Assembly (NCBI GenBank): GCA_963764165.1
Contig: CAVXRD010000003.1
Span: 139,060 to 203,059, forward strand
DNA length: 64,000 bases
Source of the DNA: an uncultured Verrucomicrobiae bacterium
GTDB taxonomy: Bacteria > Verrucomicrobiota > Verrucomicrobiia > Limisphaerales > Palsa-1400
Direction: 5' to 3'
The number at the start of each line of letters is the position of its first letter. The stretch's first letter is position 1. The translations under genes and the position numbers were made by a program. Shown here piece by piece: positions 10,237-18,950 of the stretch. The notes beneath the pieces are model-generated. The model did no database searches, was not told the DNA's origin, and worked only from the letters and a program-made list of their open reading frames with translations.

Positions 10237-11307
10237 GTGTCAAGATACGCCCAATCAAAGACAGAGAAAAGCGCCACCCGAATTTTGCTCGGCGGCCTGA
10301 TTTTTCTCTGGACCGCGTGCGCGATGGCTCAAACGCCGGAATCGCCGACTGCCGACCAACCCGCCAAGGCCAGGGTCGTCCAGGTGGAGCGGCCGGGCGC
10401 CACCTCCGCGTTCGAGGCCCAGCCGGCCATTGTGGATGACATGGTACGGCGCGGAATGCTGAAGTGGACGGGCAAGCCGGATTTGAAAGCAGCCTGGCTC
10501 TCGGTGGTTTCCAATACCGACGTGGTCGGTCTGAAAGTCTACGTCGGACCTGGCTCCACCAGCGGAACGCGCCCCGCCGTGGTCGAGGCGGTAATCAAAG
10601 GACTCCTCGGAGCCGGACTGCCGGCCACCAACATTATTGTTTGGGATCAGCGTCTGTCGTTCTTGCGCGCTCCCGGTTACGCGGCGCTGGCGGATCATTA
10701 TCATGTCCGTTTGGCCGGCAGCGCGGATTTCGGATACGATCCCACCGTCGCCTACACCAACAATCCGCTCCTCGGCAGCTTGTCGGCGGGCGATTTGGAA
10801 TTCGACATGAATGGCACGACGTCCGGGCGCAATTCGTACGTGAGCAAACTGGTGACCTCCAACATGACGAAAATCATCAGCATCGCGCCGATTCTGAATC
10901 ATAATCTGGCAGGCCTGTGCGGGCATCTTTACAGCGTATCGCTCGGCAGCGTGGACAATACCCTTCGCTTCGAGATGAGCGACCGGCGGCTTGCCCAGGC
11001 GGTGCCGGAGATTTACAATCTTCCCGCCTTGAGCGACCACGTTGCGCTCTGCATCACTGACGGTTTGATCGCGCAATATCAGGGCGAGCAGAAAAGCCTT
11101 TTGCATTACGCCACGGAATTCAACCAGATCTGGATCAGCAACGATCCCGTGGCGCTGGATGTCCTTGCCATCGAGGAATTGGACCGCGAGCGGCTTATCA
11201 ACAACATCGAATCGCGCCGCGATAATCCCGAGCTCTACCAGAACGCTGCTCTTCTCCAATTGGGAGTGGGCACGGTCGAGAGGATCAAGCTGGAAATCGT
11301 GAAGTGA
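10237..11307 (+). CDS. Exported DUF362-family protein
   Basis: Signal peptide; DVVGLKV..STRPAVVEAVIKGL..NIIVWD; SIAPILNH; ALCITDGL..Y; DPVALD. Confidence 0.75.
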   Translation: MSRYAQSKTEKSATRILLGGLIFLWTACAMAQTPESPTADQPAKARVVQVERPGATSAFEAQPAIVDDMVRRGMLKWTGKPDLKAAWLSVVSNTDVVGLKVYVGPGSTSGTRPAVVEAVIKGLLGAGLPATNIIVWDQRLSFLRAPGYAALADHYHVRLAGSADFGYDPTVAYTNNPLLGSLSAGDLEFDMNGTTSGRNSYVSKLVTSNMTKIISIAPILNHNLAGLCGHLYSVSLGSVDNTLRFEMSDRRLAQAVPEIYNLPALSDHVALCITDGLIAQYQGEQKSLLHYATEFNQIWISNDPVALDVLAIEELDRERLINNIESRRDNPELYQNAALLQLGVGTVERIKLEIVK

Positions 11308-11313
11308 CTCGGT

Positions 11314-13158
11314 GTGAAGGCTCTCCTGGCTCTGTTCTGCATGCTTGGTTTTTTTCCGCGGACAATGGCGGGCGAGCCGGTCTGCATTTTCGATTTGACG
11401 CCCTTGCGGAAGGCCAATTTCCAGGACGAACGCGAGCGCCGGAATTACTGGGACGAACTGCAATTGGCCACCGCGCTGCAAGGGCTCGTCAATCGCGATC
11501 ACGCAAATCTCTTCGTGCGCTATCTTGATGAGGACGATTTTTGGTGGACCGAGATGCAAAAACCGCCCTCGTGGCTTGAGAACCGCGAACTCGTTAAAAT
11601 TCCAACCCTCGACGACTTGCTCCGTCAATTTCGCAATGCTTACAAAGGCATTGTGATTTGGGACGAGCGCGTTCCCGCCTCGGCAAACATCGCTGCCAGC
11701 GTGGCTGGAATGGATAATTTGCTGCCGGTGCGGTTTGATCCCGGAAGTAATTCTCTTTACAGCCGTTTGATCGCGGCGAACACCCATGCGGATTTCGTCC
11801 GTTTCAAACTTCCAGAATTCACCGGAGCCGGAATGATTCCCGGAACGCAAATTCCGTCCACCGGAAGCGCGAAGTGCGATGCCTATCGCTGGCTGATCGA
11901 AACCCGCGTCAAAACGGACAAGGCCAATCCGCTTTGCATGGGTTACTGCCTGGATGCGTTTTGGTTCAAGTGCTGGCGGGCCAGCTCGCCGGAAAATAAC
12001 GCAGTTTGCAATGAGGATTATATGATCTCTCGACGCGGCGTCATCTTCGACCTCGACATTTGGGATGATGAAGCGCCGGTGGATGATCCCGGCCAGAAGC
12101 CCGGCACGGACGCAGCGACCTTGAAGGAAATTCTGCGCGCCGCTTACAACCGAGTCCAAGGAAATGCTATTATTGACGTAATTGGTTTTGTGCCGTGGGC
12201 TTACAAATACACCAAGCACCGTTCGCCCGAATGGTTCGCGGGCGGCGCGCATGAGGAAGTAGCCAGCGAATGGCGCTGCTCGGAGATCCTCTCCTGCTTC
12301 AATGCCTGCGTGGACGCCGACGCGCTCGCCTTGAACGCAATGCCGAACGCGTCCTTTTACCAGCATTTCCCACTGACAAATAAATATTGGCAGAATCCAA
12401 AACCGACCGCCGAAACGTTGCGCAGCGAGGGATTCATTGGCGCAAACGGCCAAATTGCCGCGAAGACATTTGTCGGATTTTACGTCGGTGATTACGACTC
12501 GGCGGCGTGGCTCTATCACGAGTTGCCCAAATTGTGGAGCGATCCGGAGCGGGGTAAAGTTCCGCTGACGTGGTGCTTTAATCCCAATCTTGCCCAGCGA
12601 TTTCCCGTCGCGCTGGCATGGACGCGCCAAACCCGCACCACCAACGATTGGTTCGCCGCCGGGGATTCGGGGGCCGGTTATCTGAATCCCGGTTTCCTGA
12701 CGCCGCCCCGTCCATGGTCGAGTTTGCCAAGCGGGCTGGACGCTTGGTCGCAACGCTGCTCAAAGTTTTACCAACAATGGGACATTACGCTGACTGGCTT
12801 CATCATTAACGGATTCGCCCGCGGGCTTTCGGCAGAGGGATTGGACGCTTACGCGCGCTTTTCACCTGATGGAATCATCACGCAAGGCGGGAAAAAATCG
12901 ATCCATGGCGGGATGCCGATTCTGGCAATGGCCTCGGACGTAACCGAAAACGATCCGGCCGAGGCCGCCCGCCATATTCTGAATTTGGCTCAGGGAGAAG
13001 GCCCCCATTTTCTCGCCTGCCGCACGATTTTGAAATCGCCGGCGTGGCATTTGAAAGTGGCGCAGGAATTGCACCATCTGCGCGGGAACGCGGTTCAAGT
13101 AATCGATCTTTGCACGCTGCTTCAACTGGTCAAGGAATCGGAATCAAAACGCCCTTAG
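11314..13158 (+). CDS. GxGYxYP-family putative glycoside hydrolase
   Basis: LATALQGLVNR, FYVGDYDSAAW, VPLTWCFNP, and FAAGDSGAGYLNP (the GxGY signature). Confidence 0.8.
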   Translation: MKALLALFCMLGFFPRTMAGEPVCIFDLTPLRKANFQDERERRNYWDELQLATALQGLVNRDHANLFVRYLDEDDFWWTEMQKPPSWLENRELVKIPTLDDLLRQFRNAYKGIVIWDERVPASANIAASVAGMDNLLPVRFDPGSNSLYSRLIAANTHADFVRFKLPEFTGAGMIPGTQIPSTGSAKCDAYRWLIETRVKTDKANPLCMGYCLDAFWFKCWRASSPENNAVCNEDYMISRRGVIFDLDIWDDEAPVDDPGQKPGTDAATLKEILRAAYNRVQGNAIIDVIGFVPWAYKYTKHRSPEWFAGGAHEEVASEWRCSEILSCFNACVDADALALNAMPNASFYQHFPLTNKYWQNPKPTAETLRSEGFIGANGQIAAKTFVGFYVGDYDSAAWLYHELPKLWSDPERGKVPLTWCFNPNLAQRFPVALAWTRQTRTTNDWFAAGDSGAGYLNPGFLTPPRPWSSLPSGLDAWSQRCSKFYQQWDITLTGFIINGFARGLSAEGLDAYARFSPDGIITQGGKKSIHGGMPILAMASDVTENDPAEAARHILNLAQGEGPHFLACRTILKSPAWHLKVAQELHHLRGNAVQVIDLCTLLQLVKESESKRP

Positions 13159-13350
13159 CCGGAACAATTCAGTTGCTTTGGGGGAGCGCGGTCGCCTCGA
13201 CCGCAGTTTTCGGCGTCCCGCCGAAAACTCTTCGCGCAAGGTCACTTCACCAAACGGTGATCGCAAGAGATCTGCGGAACTGTCCGGCGAGACGCCGGCC
13301 AGAGCGACCGAGACGGTCGCGCTCCCCAAATCCAACTGCATCATTCCGGC
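13158..13350. mobile_element. MITE copy 1 (193 bp) with TTA target duplication and an internal REP-like pair
   Basis: TTA|GCCGGAACAATTCAGTTG ... CAACTGCATCATTCCGGC|TTA, with internal GGGGAGCGCG..CGCGCTCCCC. Second copy at 43754-43940. Confidence 0.75.
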
Positions 13351-13377
13351 TTAGAGGTTGTAATTGAAAGTGGGCAA

Positions 13378-13475
13378 GGCAGGGACGCCTCGCCGAGGCG
13401 TCCGAGGCCGTGGTGTTTTTCGAACGCGTTCGGAATTGTGAGAGTCCCCGGACGCCTCGGCGAGGCGTCCCTACC
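13378..13475. repeat. REP-like inverted doublet, family B (GGACGCCTCG-C-CGAGGCGTCC)
   Basis: Two self-palindromic arms in inverted orientation, between convergent genes. Confidence 0.8.
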
Positions 13476-13532
13476 TCGCTTCGCGACCCACTTCTCACCT
13501 GCTTTCAATCGCACGCGTCTGGAGGGGGAAAC

Positions 13533-15590
13533 TCAAAACTTCGCGGTGCCTGCGATTCCAAATATCGTTGGATCGCCGGTCTGAAGCGCGAGGCCGGAAT
13601 AGGCCAGATTTTGCGCGCCGGTGTAATAATGCGTGTCGAGAATATTTTTGGCGTAGGCATAAATCTGAAAGTGTTTTCCTTCGTAGCCTGCCTGGGCGTT
13701 CAGTAGAAAGTAAGCATCCTGCCTTGATTGGGCGGCGGCGCTGTTTGGATCGTCCAAGTAAAATCGTCCCACCGCAATCACCTCCCCATGCACATACAGA
13801 TGCCACCACGGAAGGCGGTAGCGCGCTGACCCGCTGGCGGTGAATTCCGGCACGAAACTTACGGGCTCGCCGGTGATGTTAAAATAATTTCCGTTGGTGG
13901 TGTAGCGGGCGCCGGTGAGGCCGCCAACAGCGGAGAGATCGAGGTCCTTGACCGGTCGGTATGTCAACTCCAATTCGGCGCCAAATAATTTCGCTCTCGG
14001 CGCATTTCCAATGGAAGGAATCGTCGATGAAAGCGCCGGGGCGGGGACGGTGGATTCGACAGGGAAACTATAAGTCTGATAATCGTCGGCCATCGTGTAG
14101 AAAAGCGCCGCGTTGGCTGACAATTTATCGCCAAGCCACCGGGATTTTGCGCCGAGTTCAAATTGCCAGTCGCGTTCCAAGCCATACTCAGCTCCATTAT
14201 ATGGATCAAAGCCACCGCTTTGGTGGCCCGTCGTGACCGAGCCGTAAATTTCTATTTTCGGCGTAAAACGATAGGTCATTCCAAGCTTTGGCTGCGCGGA
14301 CGCAAATTGATCCTGAAATGCGCCGCCGCCTTCAACCCGCACGTAGCGGAAATCGTCACTAAGCCGAATGCCGGCTGTGGTGTCGAATTTGTCTCCCATC
14401 GTCAACGTTGCTTGGGCGTACAAGGCGAACGTGTAACTCGTCAATTCGGCATAATTGTAGACATACGAACTGGGTGGCGCCAAGGGCGACGAAAAGACGC
14501 TTCCGTCATCAAGGTCGTTGTCGGAAAAGTATCCGCCGATAACCCATTTCCAATGCGACGTTGTGTCCGCCGAACGCACGCGCAATTCCTCCGTCCACGC
14601 CGATTGTTGTGGCCTCGTGGCAAAGGTGGTCGAGGCAGGATCATAAATCGATTCGGGAACCGGCTGCACCGAGTTTTGATCCCAAGTGCGGTGCGTCGCC
14701 ACGGAAGTGACAATGACTGATGATCCGGCGTATCCGATTTTCAGAGCCTGATCGAGGAGATGAGTGTCAACATAACTTTTCGAGGATCTGCTCACGCTAA
14801 ACGCGGATGAATCGACACCGGGCCAGTAGGTGGGGGCAAACCCATCGTTGTCCTGTCCGGCGTCGGCCATCAGCGTGATGTTCCAAGGCGCGCTTGGGCT
14901 CCAGCGGAGCGTGCCGCGAATGCCCATCGTGTTTTCAAAATCCGTCCGCTTATGCTGCTCGTCGTCGTAAACGTAGCCAAGGCGGGTGTCATCCAATCCA
15001 TTGAGCCCGAAATATAATTTGTTGGTGACAAGCGGCCCGCCGATGCCCGCAATGTATTGCTGCGCGTTGTAATTTCCGTAGCTGGCTCCCATGTAGCCAT
15101 CCGTGCGGTCCACCGGCTGCGCCGTCGATATATCGATGACGCCACCGACGCCGCCCGCGCCATACATCGTCGCCTGGCTGCCGCGGACAAATTCGATCCC
15201 GCGAGCGTCGTAAAGCGCCAGCCCGCGCGAGAACATATCGAAGTAAGGCACATCATCCACGTAAAGCCCGACCACCGGTTCACCGAGGCCATAGCCAGTC
15301 TCGCGGAAGCCGCGAATCGAGAACATCGGCATGCGTTGATTCATTGAATCGAACACGCTGAAGTTTGGCGTCTGCGCCGTCAAATCGCGGACGGACGCAA
15401 TTTCGCCAAGCTGCACTTCCTCGCCCGAAATTACGGTCACCGCGCTGCTGCTCGATTGTGGGACAGCCGTGACGGCATCGCCACTAATCGTGACGGGCGG
15501 GGCAGGGGCGGGCGGATTAAAATTCTGCCCCTCGGCGCTCACGCCCAAAAGCAGCGCGGCCGCCGGAACAATTTTCACAATTTTCAGCAT
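13533..15590 (-). CDS. TonB-dependent outer membrane receptor
   Basis: Signal peptide; plug domain (SIRG..VGLYVDDVP..IEFVRGSQATMYG..GGVIDI); beta-barrel with AKNILD..Y; terminal Phe (GTAKF). Confidence 0.92.
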   Translation of the reverse strand: MLKIVKIVPAAALLLGVSAEGQNFNPPAPAPPVTISGDAVTAVPQSSSSAVTVISGEEVQLGEIASVRDLTAQTPNFSVFDSMNQRMPMFSIRGFRETGYGLGEPVVGLYVDDVPYFDMFSRGLALYDARGIEFVRGSQATMYGAGGVGGVIDISTAQPVDRTDGYMGASYGNYNAQQYIAGIGGPLVTNKLYFGLNGLDDTRLGYVYDDEQHKRTDFENTMGIRGTLRWSPSAPWNITLMADAGQDNDGFAPTYWPGVDSSAFSVSRSSKSYVDTHLLDQALKIGYAGSSVIVTSVATHRTWDQNSVQPVPESIYDPASTTFATRPQQSAWTEELRVRSADTTSHWKWVIGGYFSDNDLDDGSVFSSPLAPPSSYVYNYAELTSYTFALYAQATLTMGDKFDTTAGIRLSDDFRYVRVEGGGAFQDQFASAQPKLGMTYRFTPKIEIYGSVTTGHQSGGFDPYNGAEYGLERDWQFELGAKSRWLGDKLSANAALFYTMADDYQTYSFPVESTVPAPALSSTIPSIGNAPRAKLFGAELELTYRPVKDLDLSAVGGLTGARYTTNGNYFNITGEPVSFVPEFTASGSARYRLPWWHLYVHGEVIAVGRFYLDDPNSAAAQSRQDAYFLLNAQAGYEGKHFQIYAYAKNILDTHYYTGAQNLAYSGLALQTGDPTIFGIAGTAKF

Positions 15591-15650
15591 AACGTGCGAA
15601 TCGAGGCGATGAAATCACCGTGACAAACAAACGCAAGCGCAATCGCGGGG

Positions 15651-17370
15651 CAATTCTTTGCAGTGCTATTTCGGAAAACTCTTCATTTTTGGCAAAGTTT
15701 TAGGCGGCGAGTTTGGTCAATTTGTCCACGTCCGCTTTGCGGGCGGTCAAGAGCGCAGTAATGGTGGTGCGCCCTTTCTCGGTGACAACATAGCGGTGGG
15801 TGCCGCTGACTTTGGCGATCAAGCCATGCGCTCGCAGGAGCCGCAGTCGGCGTCCAATCCAGCCCATTCTGCGTTTGAGTTCGCGGTCATCGCACCGGCT
15901 GGGAAAATAGGCCTGCCGAATGTCTCGACTGCGAAAGCCGTTGAGGGCGTACTCTCCCTGGCTGACCATTTCCAAAAGGCGTCCGTCCTCCGGGGCCCAA
16001 GGATTGAGGGCGCGGTAGCGCCGCCCCGCCTGCCGCAGGGGCTTGCAGCATTTTTCAACCCATTGGAACAGCGGCACCGTTCCGCTGACGGATCCCAACG
16101 CCTGCAAATAACGTTCATTGGCCCGGTGAGAGATTTCTTTGCGCCGTTTCAGGTCGGCCAGCCCCCGGCGCAATGTCAGCCAGCGTTTGGCCTCCTTGGG
16201 CCGGCCTTCCGGTTTGCGATAAACTTTAAATTCCTCCGGGTGCGTCACCGTCGTTTCGATCCGCAAAACCGAGCCCTGCTTGTCGTAAAATTTGATCGAG
16301 TTGCCGTTAAGACTGTGCTTGACCCGCACGCCCTCCGGCCGCCGTTTGGTGTCGCTGGTGATTTCGCCCTCAAACTGGCCGTACCACCCTGCCCGTGCTG
16401 ATGGGAACGTATCGGCCCAAAAACCTCATCACGTCCGCGCTGGAAAAGGAACTGATGGCATGGTGAACCAGGCTGGGATAAAGCCGGGCCAGGCTCTCGG
16501 GCTCCTTGAAAATGACATCGGTGGCATATTCGGTGTCCGAAGCGCTCCAATAGTATTTGAGGTTCAGCGGCTGGCAAATCGACCGGTGCAGGGGATGAAC
16601 CTCATTGAGCAGCCGGCCCAGCTCCTTGGGCCAGTCAGTTTGCAGTTGCTGGTCCAGCAGGCCTTGAGCGCGCCCCATATCGGCCACCCGCAAAAAGGTG
16701 TTCTCCTTCTTTTGATAGGCAATGCCTGCCTGATCCAACTGCTTTCCCAGCCAATGCCGGCCATTGAGGCAGATATTAATCTGGAAGGGAAACCAGGTTT
16801 GCAGGCGCAGGTGCATGAAGCCAAACTTGGAATGCTCGAAATAGAAATAAAGATGGCTGCACTTGCGCTGCTGAACCTTCACCTCAATGTGTTTGGTTTG
16901 GGGGTTTCCGACGACTTGAAAGGACATGCAGGGTTCCGTGCAATTGAGAATGGCGATCAGTCCCTCGGTGATTTTATCGCGGGCGGCAATCTTGCGCGCC
17001 ACCTCCTCCTTGCTGGTTTGGCTGGAGGGGACGAAAAGAAAAGGCCGCCCGGCTGTTTGTGCCAGGGCCCTGGCTTTGTCTTTGACCGCTTTGGTGGTCC
17101 GTTCGACCAACTGGCTGAAATCCTTGATCAGAATGTGGCAGGCGTTCAAGTAGGCCTCCATCACCTGGGGGCCGTACAACTGGCGCAGCGTCCCGCGCAA
17201 TCGCAGGCGATCAAAGCCCGAAAGAACTCCTAGAATTGAGGAAGCATGTTTGTGTACAAAAGAGTTGGAAGCGCCGTCATGGGTAAGCGGTTTGTTTTGC
17301 ATACATCCAATCTTACCCAGACCGGACGGCGCTTTCCTCTTATTTTTGGTTGCGGCTTTGCCGCGCTGTG
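15651..17370 (-). mobile_element. IS-like element without terminal inverted repeats; boundaries approximate
   Basis: A single transposase-sized gene. GCGGC-TTT-GCCGC hairpin at 17352-17364 near one end. The two ends are not reverse complements. Confidence 0.65.
15700..17302 (-). pseudogene. Putative transposase/Rep-like protein of about 533 aa with a C-terminal winged helix, split by a +1 frameshift at about 16385
   Basis: ORFs 16370..17440 and 15700..16329 join as ..GRVYGQFEGEITSDTKRRPEGVRVKH.. when one base is removed. Motifs GVLSGFDRL, HLRLQTWFP, EYATD, IKFYDKQGSVLRIET, and wHTH-like LRAHGLIAKVSGTHRYVVTEKG. Confidence 0.7.
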
Positions 17371-17519
17371 CCCTTGGGCCTTTGCGACCTCGCATTGGAG
17401 TGTTCCTTCCACCAGGGCTGATTTCAACGACAGGGCGCAAAGAAGCAAAGGCGCAACCAAGAGAAGCTGCAAACGACGGTTTGTGCCGGCTTGCTCACGC
17501 GGGCAAATCGGAATAGCCT

Positions 17520-17849
17520 GTGGGCGTGAAAACATTGACCGTTGGCGAGGCCCAGGGACGATTGGCCGAACTGATCGAACGCATTCCTCTTGCGGAGGAC
17601 GCCTGCGGCGTGATTCATGTGGCTGGCACGCGGGTCGCTTTAGACACCCTGGCCGAGGCATTTTACGAGGGAGCGACGGCGGATGGAACGGACGTGTATT
17701 CCGTGTTTGGCTGCATTCTCCGCCGCCAAACGGAAGTGGCAGCTTGTCTGGACGCTAGAGCGGCGCACTGCAAAACCATCCGCTCTGAGAATGAGAGTCG
17801 ATTCAACCCGCAGGGCGTGCGTGCCCGGCTGCTCTCCCGCCAGGCGTAA
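17520..17849 (+). pseudogene. Degenerate DUF433-type antitoxin with a Phd/YefM-like N-terminus
   Basis: VKTLTVGEAQGRLAELIER joined to GVIHVAGTRVALDTLAEAF..GAT/DVYSVFG. The usual helix between GAT and DVY appears deleted. Confidence 0.6.
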
Positions 17850-17867
17850 ACCAACGCAGGGCTGCGC

Positions 17868-18162
17868 ATGATCGCACTTGCATTCGACGAGAACCATAAC
17901 CACGACATTCTGCGCGGGATGCTGCGGCGTAACGCCGGTCTGGATGGGGTTCGCCTTCAGGATGCCGGACTTTCCGGCAAAAGATGATCCAACTGTTCTG
18001 GAATTGGCAGCGCAACAAAGCCGCATCCTGATTTCTCACGATGTTTCCACCATCATCGCCTTCGCTCATGCGCGATCTTTGGAATCCGCGAGAACACCAC
18101 AATACACGCACAGTGATTCGCCACCCGGCGTCGCGGGAAGGCTTGATCGAGTGTTCATTTAA
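17868..18162 (+). pseudogene. DUF5615 PIN-like toxin pseudogene
   Basis: MIALAFDENHNHDILRG..QDAGLSGK, then an extra A in the run at 17979-17982, then DDPTVLELAAQQSRILISHDVSTI. The C-terminus is degraded. Confidence 0.7.
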
Positions 18163-18248
18163 TTCTTCGTCGCCGACTCGGTTTTCCCACCCGGCGTGGG
18201 CCTGCTTCCGATGGCCATGGGCATCTGTTGTTTGCTGGTCCTCAATTT

Positions 18249-18716
18249 TCAACGATCCTTGATCCGTTTGAGCCAAGTGCGGTCCTCAGCAGAAAGTTCC
18301 GGGAACAGCCTTAAACCGCAGGCGTGAGCGATGGCCCTGCAGCCGCTTGCGGAATCAAAGCTGAGAAACCATTGGCAACCGAAACGGCGAGCAGCGGCAA
18401 TATGCAACATGTCCAGCGTGCCTACGTTCGACCGTGACGCATATCGTCGAAACAAATCTGCGGCCATCACCACCATCTCTTCAAATGTATAACCGCAATC
18501 CACGTACAGCCGCGCTTTCAGATCGGATTCCAGCGCCATCAGGCGATCCCCAGCGCGCCAAAAATTGCACCGGCACTCCGCTATCACAACCGTGCTGACA
18601 ACAAGAGTGGATGGCCCTTTTTCAGCCCAGGCGGCGACGGCGTTACGGTCACGAGTCTGGTAATAAAGAGAGAAGAGCCAGTTTGTGTCCGCAAAGGCTA
18701 TTCTGGTTTGAGGCAT
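18249..18716 (-). CDS. PIN-domain (VapC-like) toxin
   Basis: FADTNWL, VIAE, GTLDMLHIAAA, FLSFD. Confidence 0.85.
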   Translation of the reverse strand: MPQTRIAFADTNWLFSLYYQTRDRNAVAAWAEKGPSTLVVSTVVIAECRCNFWRAGDRLMALESDLKARLYVDCGYTFEEMVVMAADLFRRYASRSNVGTLDMLHIAAARRFGCQWFLSFDSASGCRAIAHACGLRLFPELSAEDRTWLKRIKDR

Positions 18717-18916
18717 AGCTCGTAGGCCTTGGGATCAGCTTCCGGCGCCGGCCGTTTCAACACTTCTCGCCAATCCGGTGGCTGCCTTTGCGACAACTCG
18801 CGCTCCACTAACTCGTTGAGCTTCTCACTCACGTTTCCAAAGGCTTCCTGCAATTGCTTCTTTGTCCGCTTGGGACGGAATGTAATAGTTTCGCGCACAC
18901 CAAAATGGTAAGACAA
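18698..18916 (-). CDS. Small putative antitoxin (RHH/VapB-like)
   Basis: 72-aa ORF overlapping the PIN start; TITFRP beta-strand followed by two helices. Confidence 0.65.
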   Translation of the reverse strand: MSYHFGVRETITFRPKRTKKQLQEAFGNVSEKLNELVERELSQRQPPDWREVLKRPAPEADPKAYELCLKPE

Positions 18917-18950
18917 TCCTTCCCAATGTCAACGGCAAGCAGCACACCGC

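Noticed and set aside
10255-12753. 832-aa antisense ORF spanning two genes
   Set aside because: It shadows the DUF362 and GxGYxYP genes, has no recognisable motifs, and long antisense ORFs are expected in GC-rich DNA.
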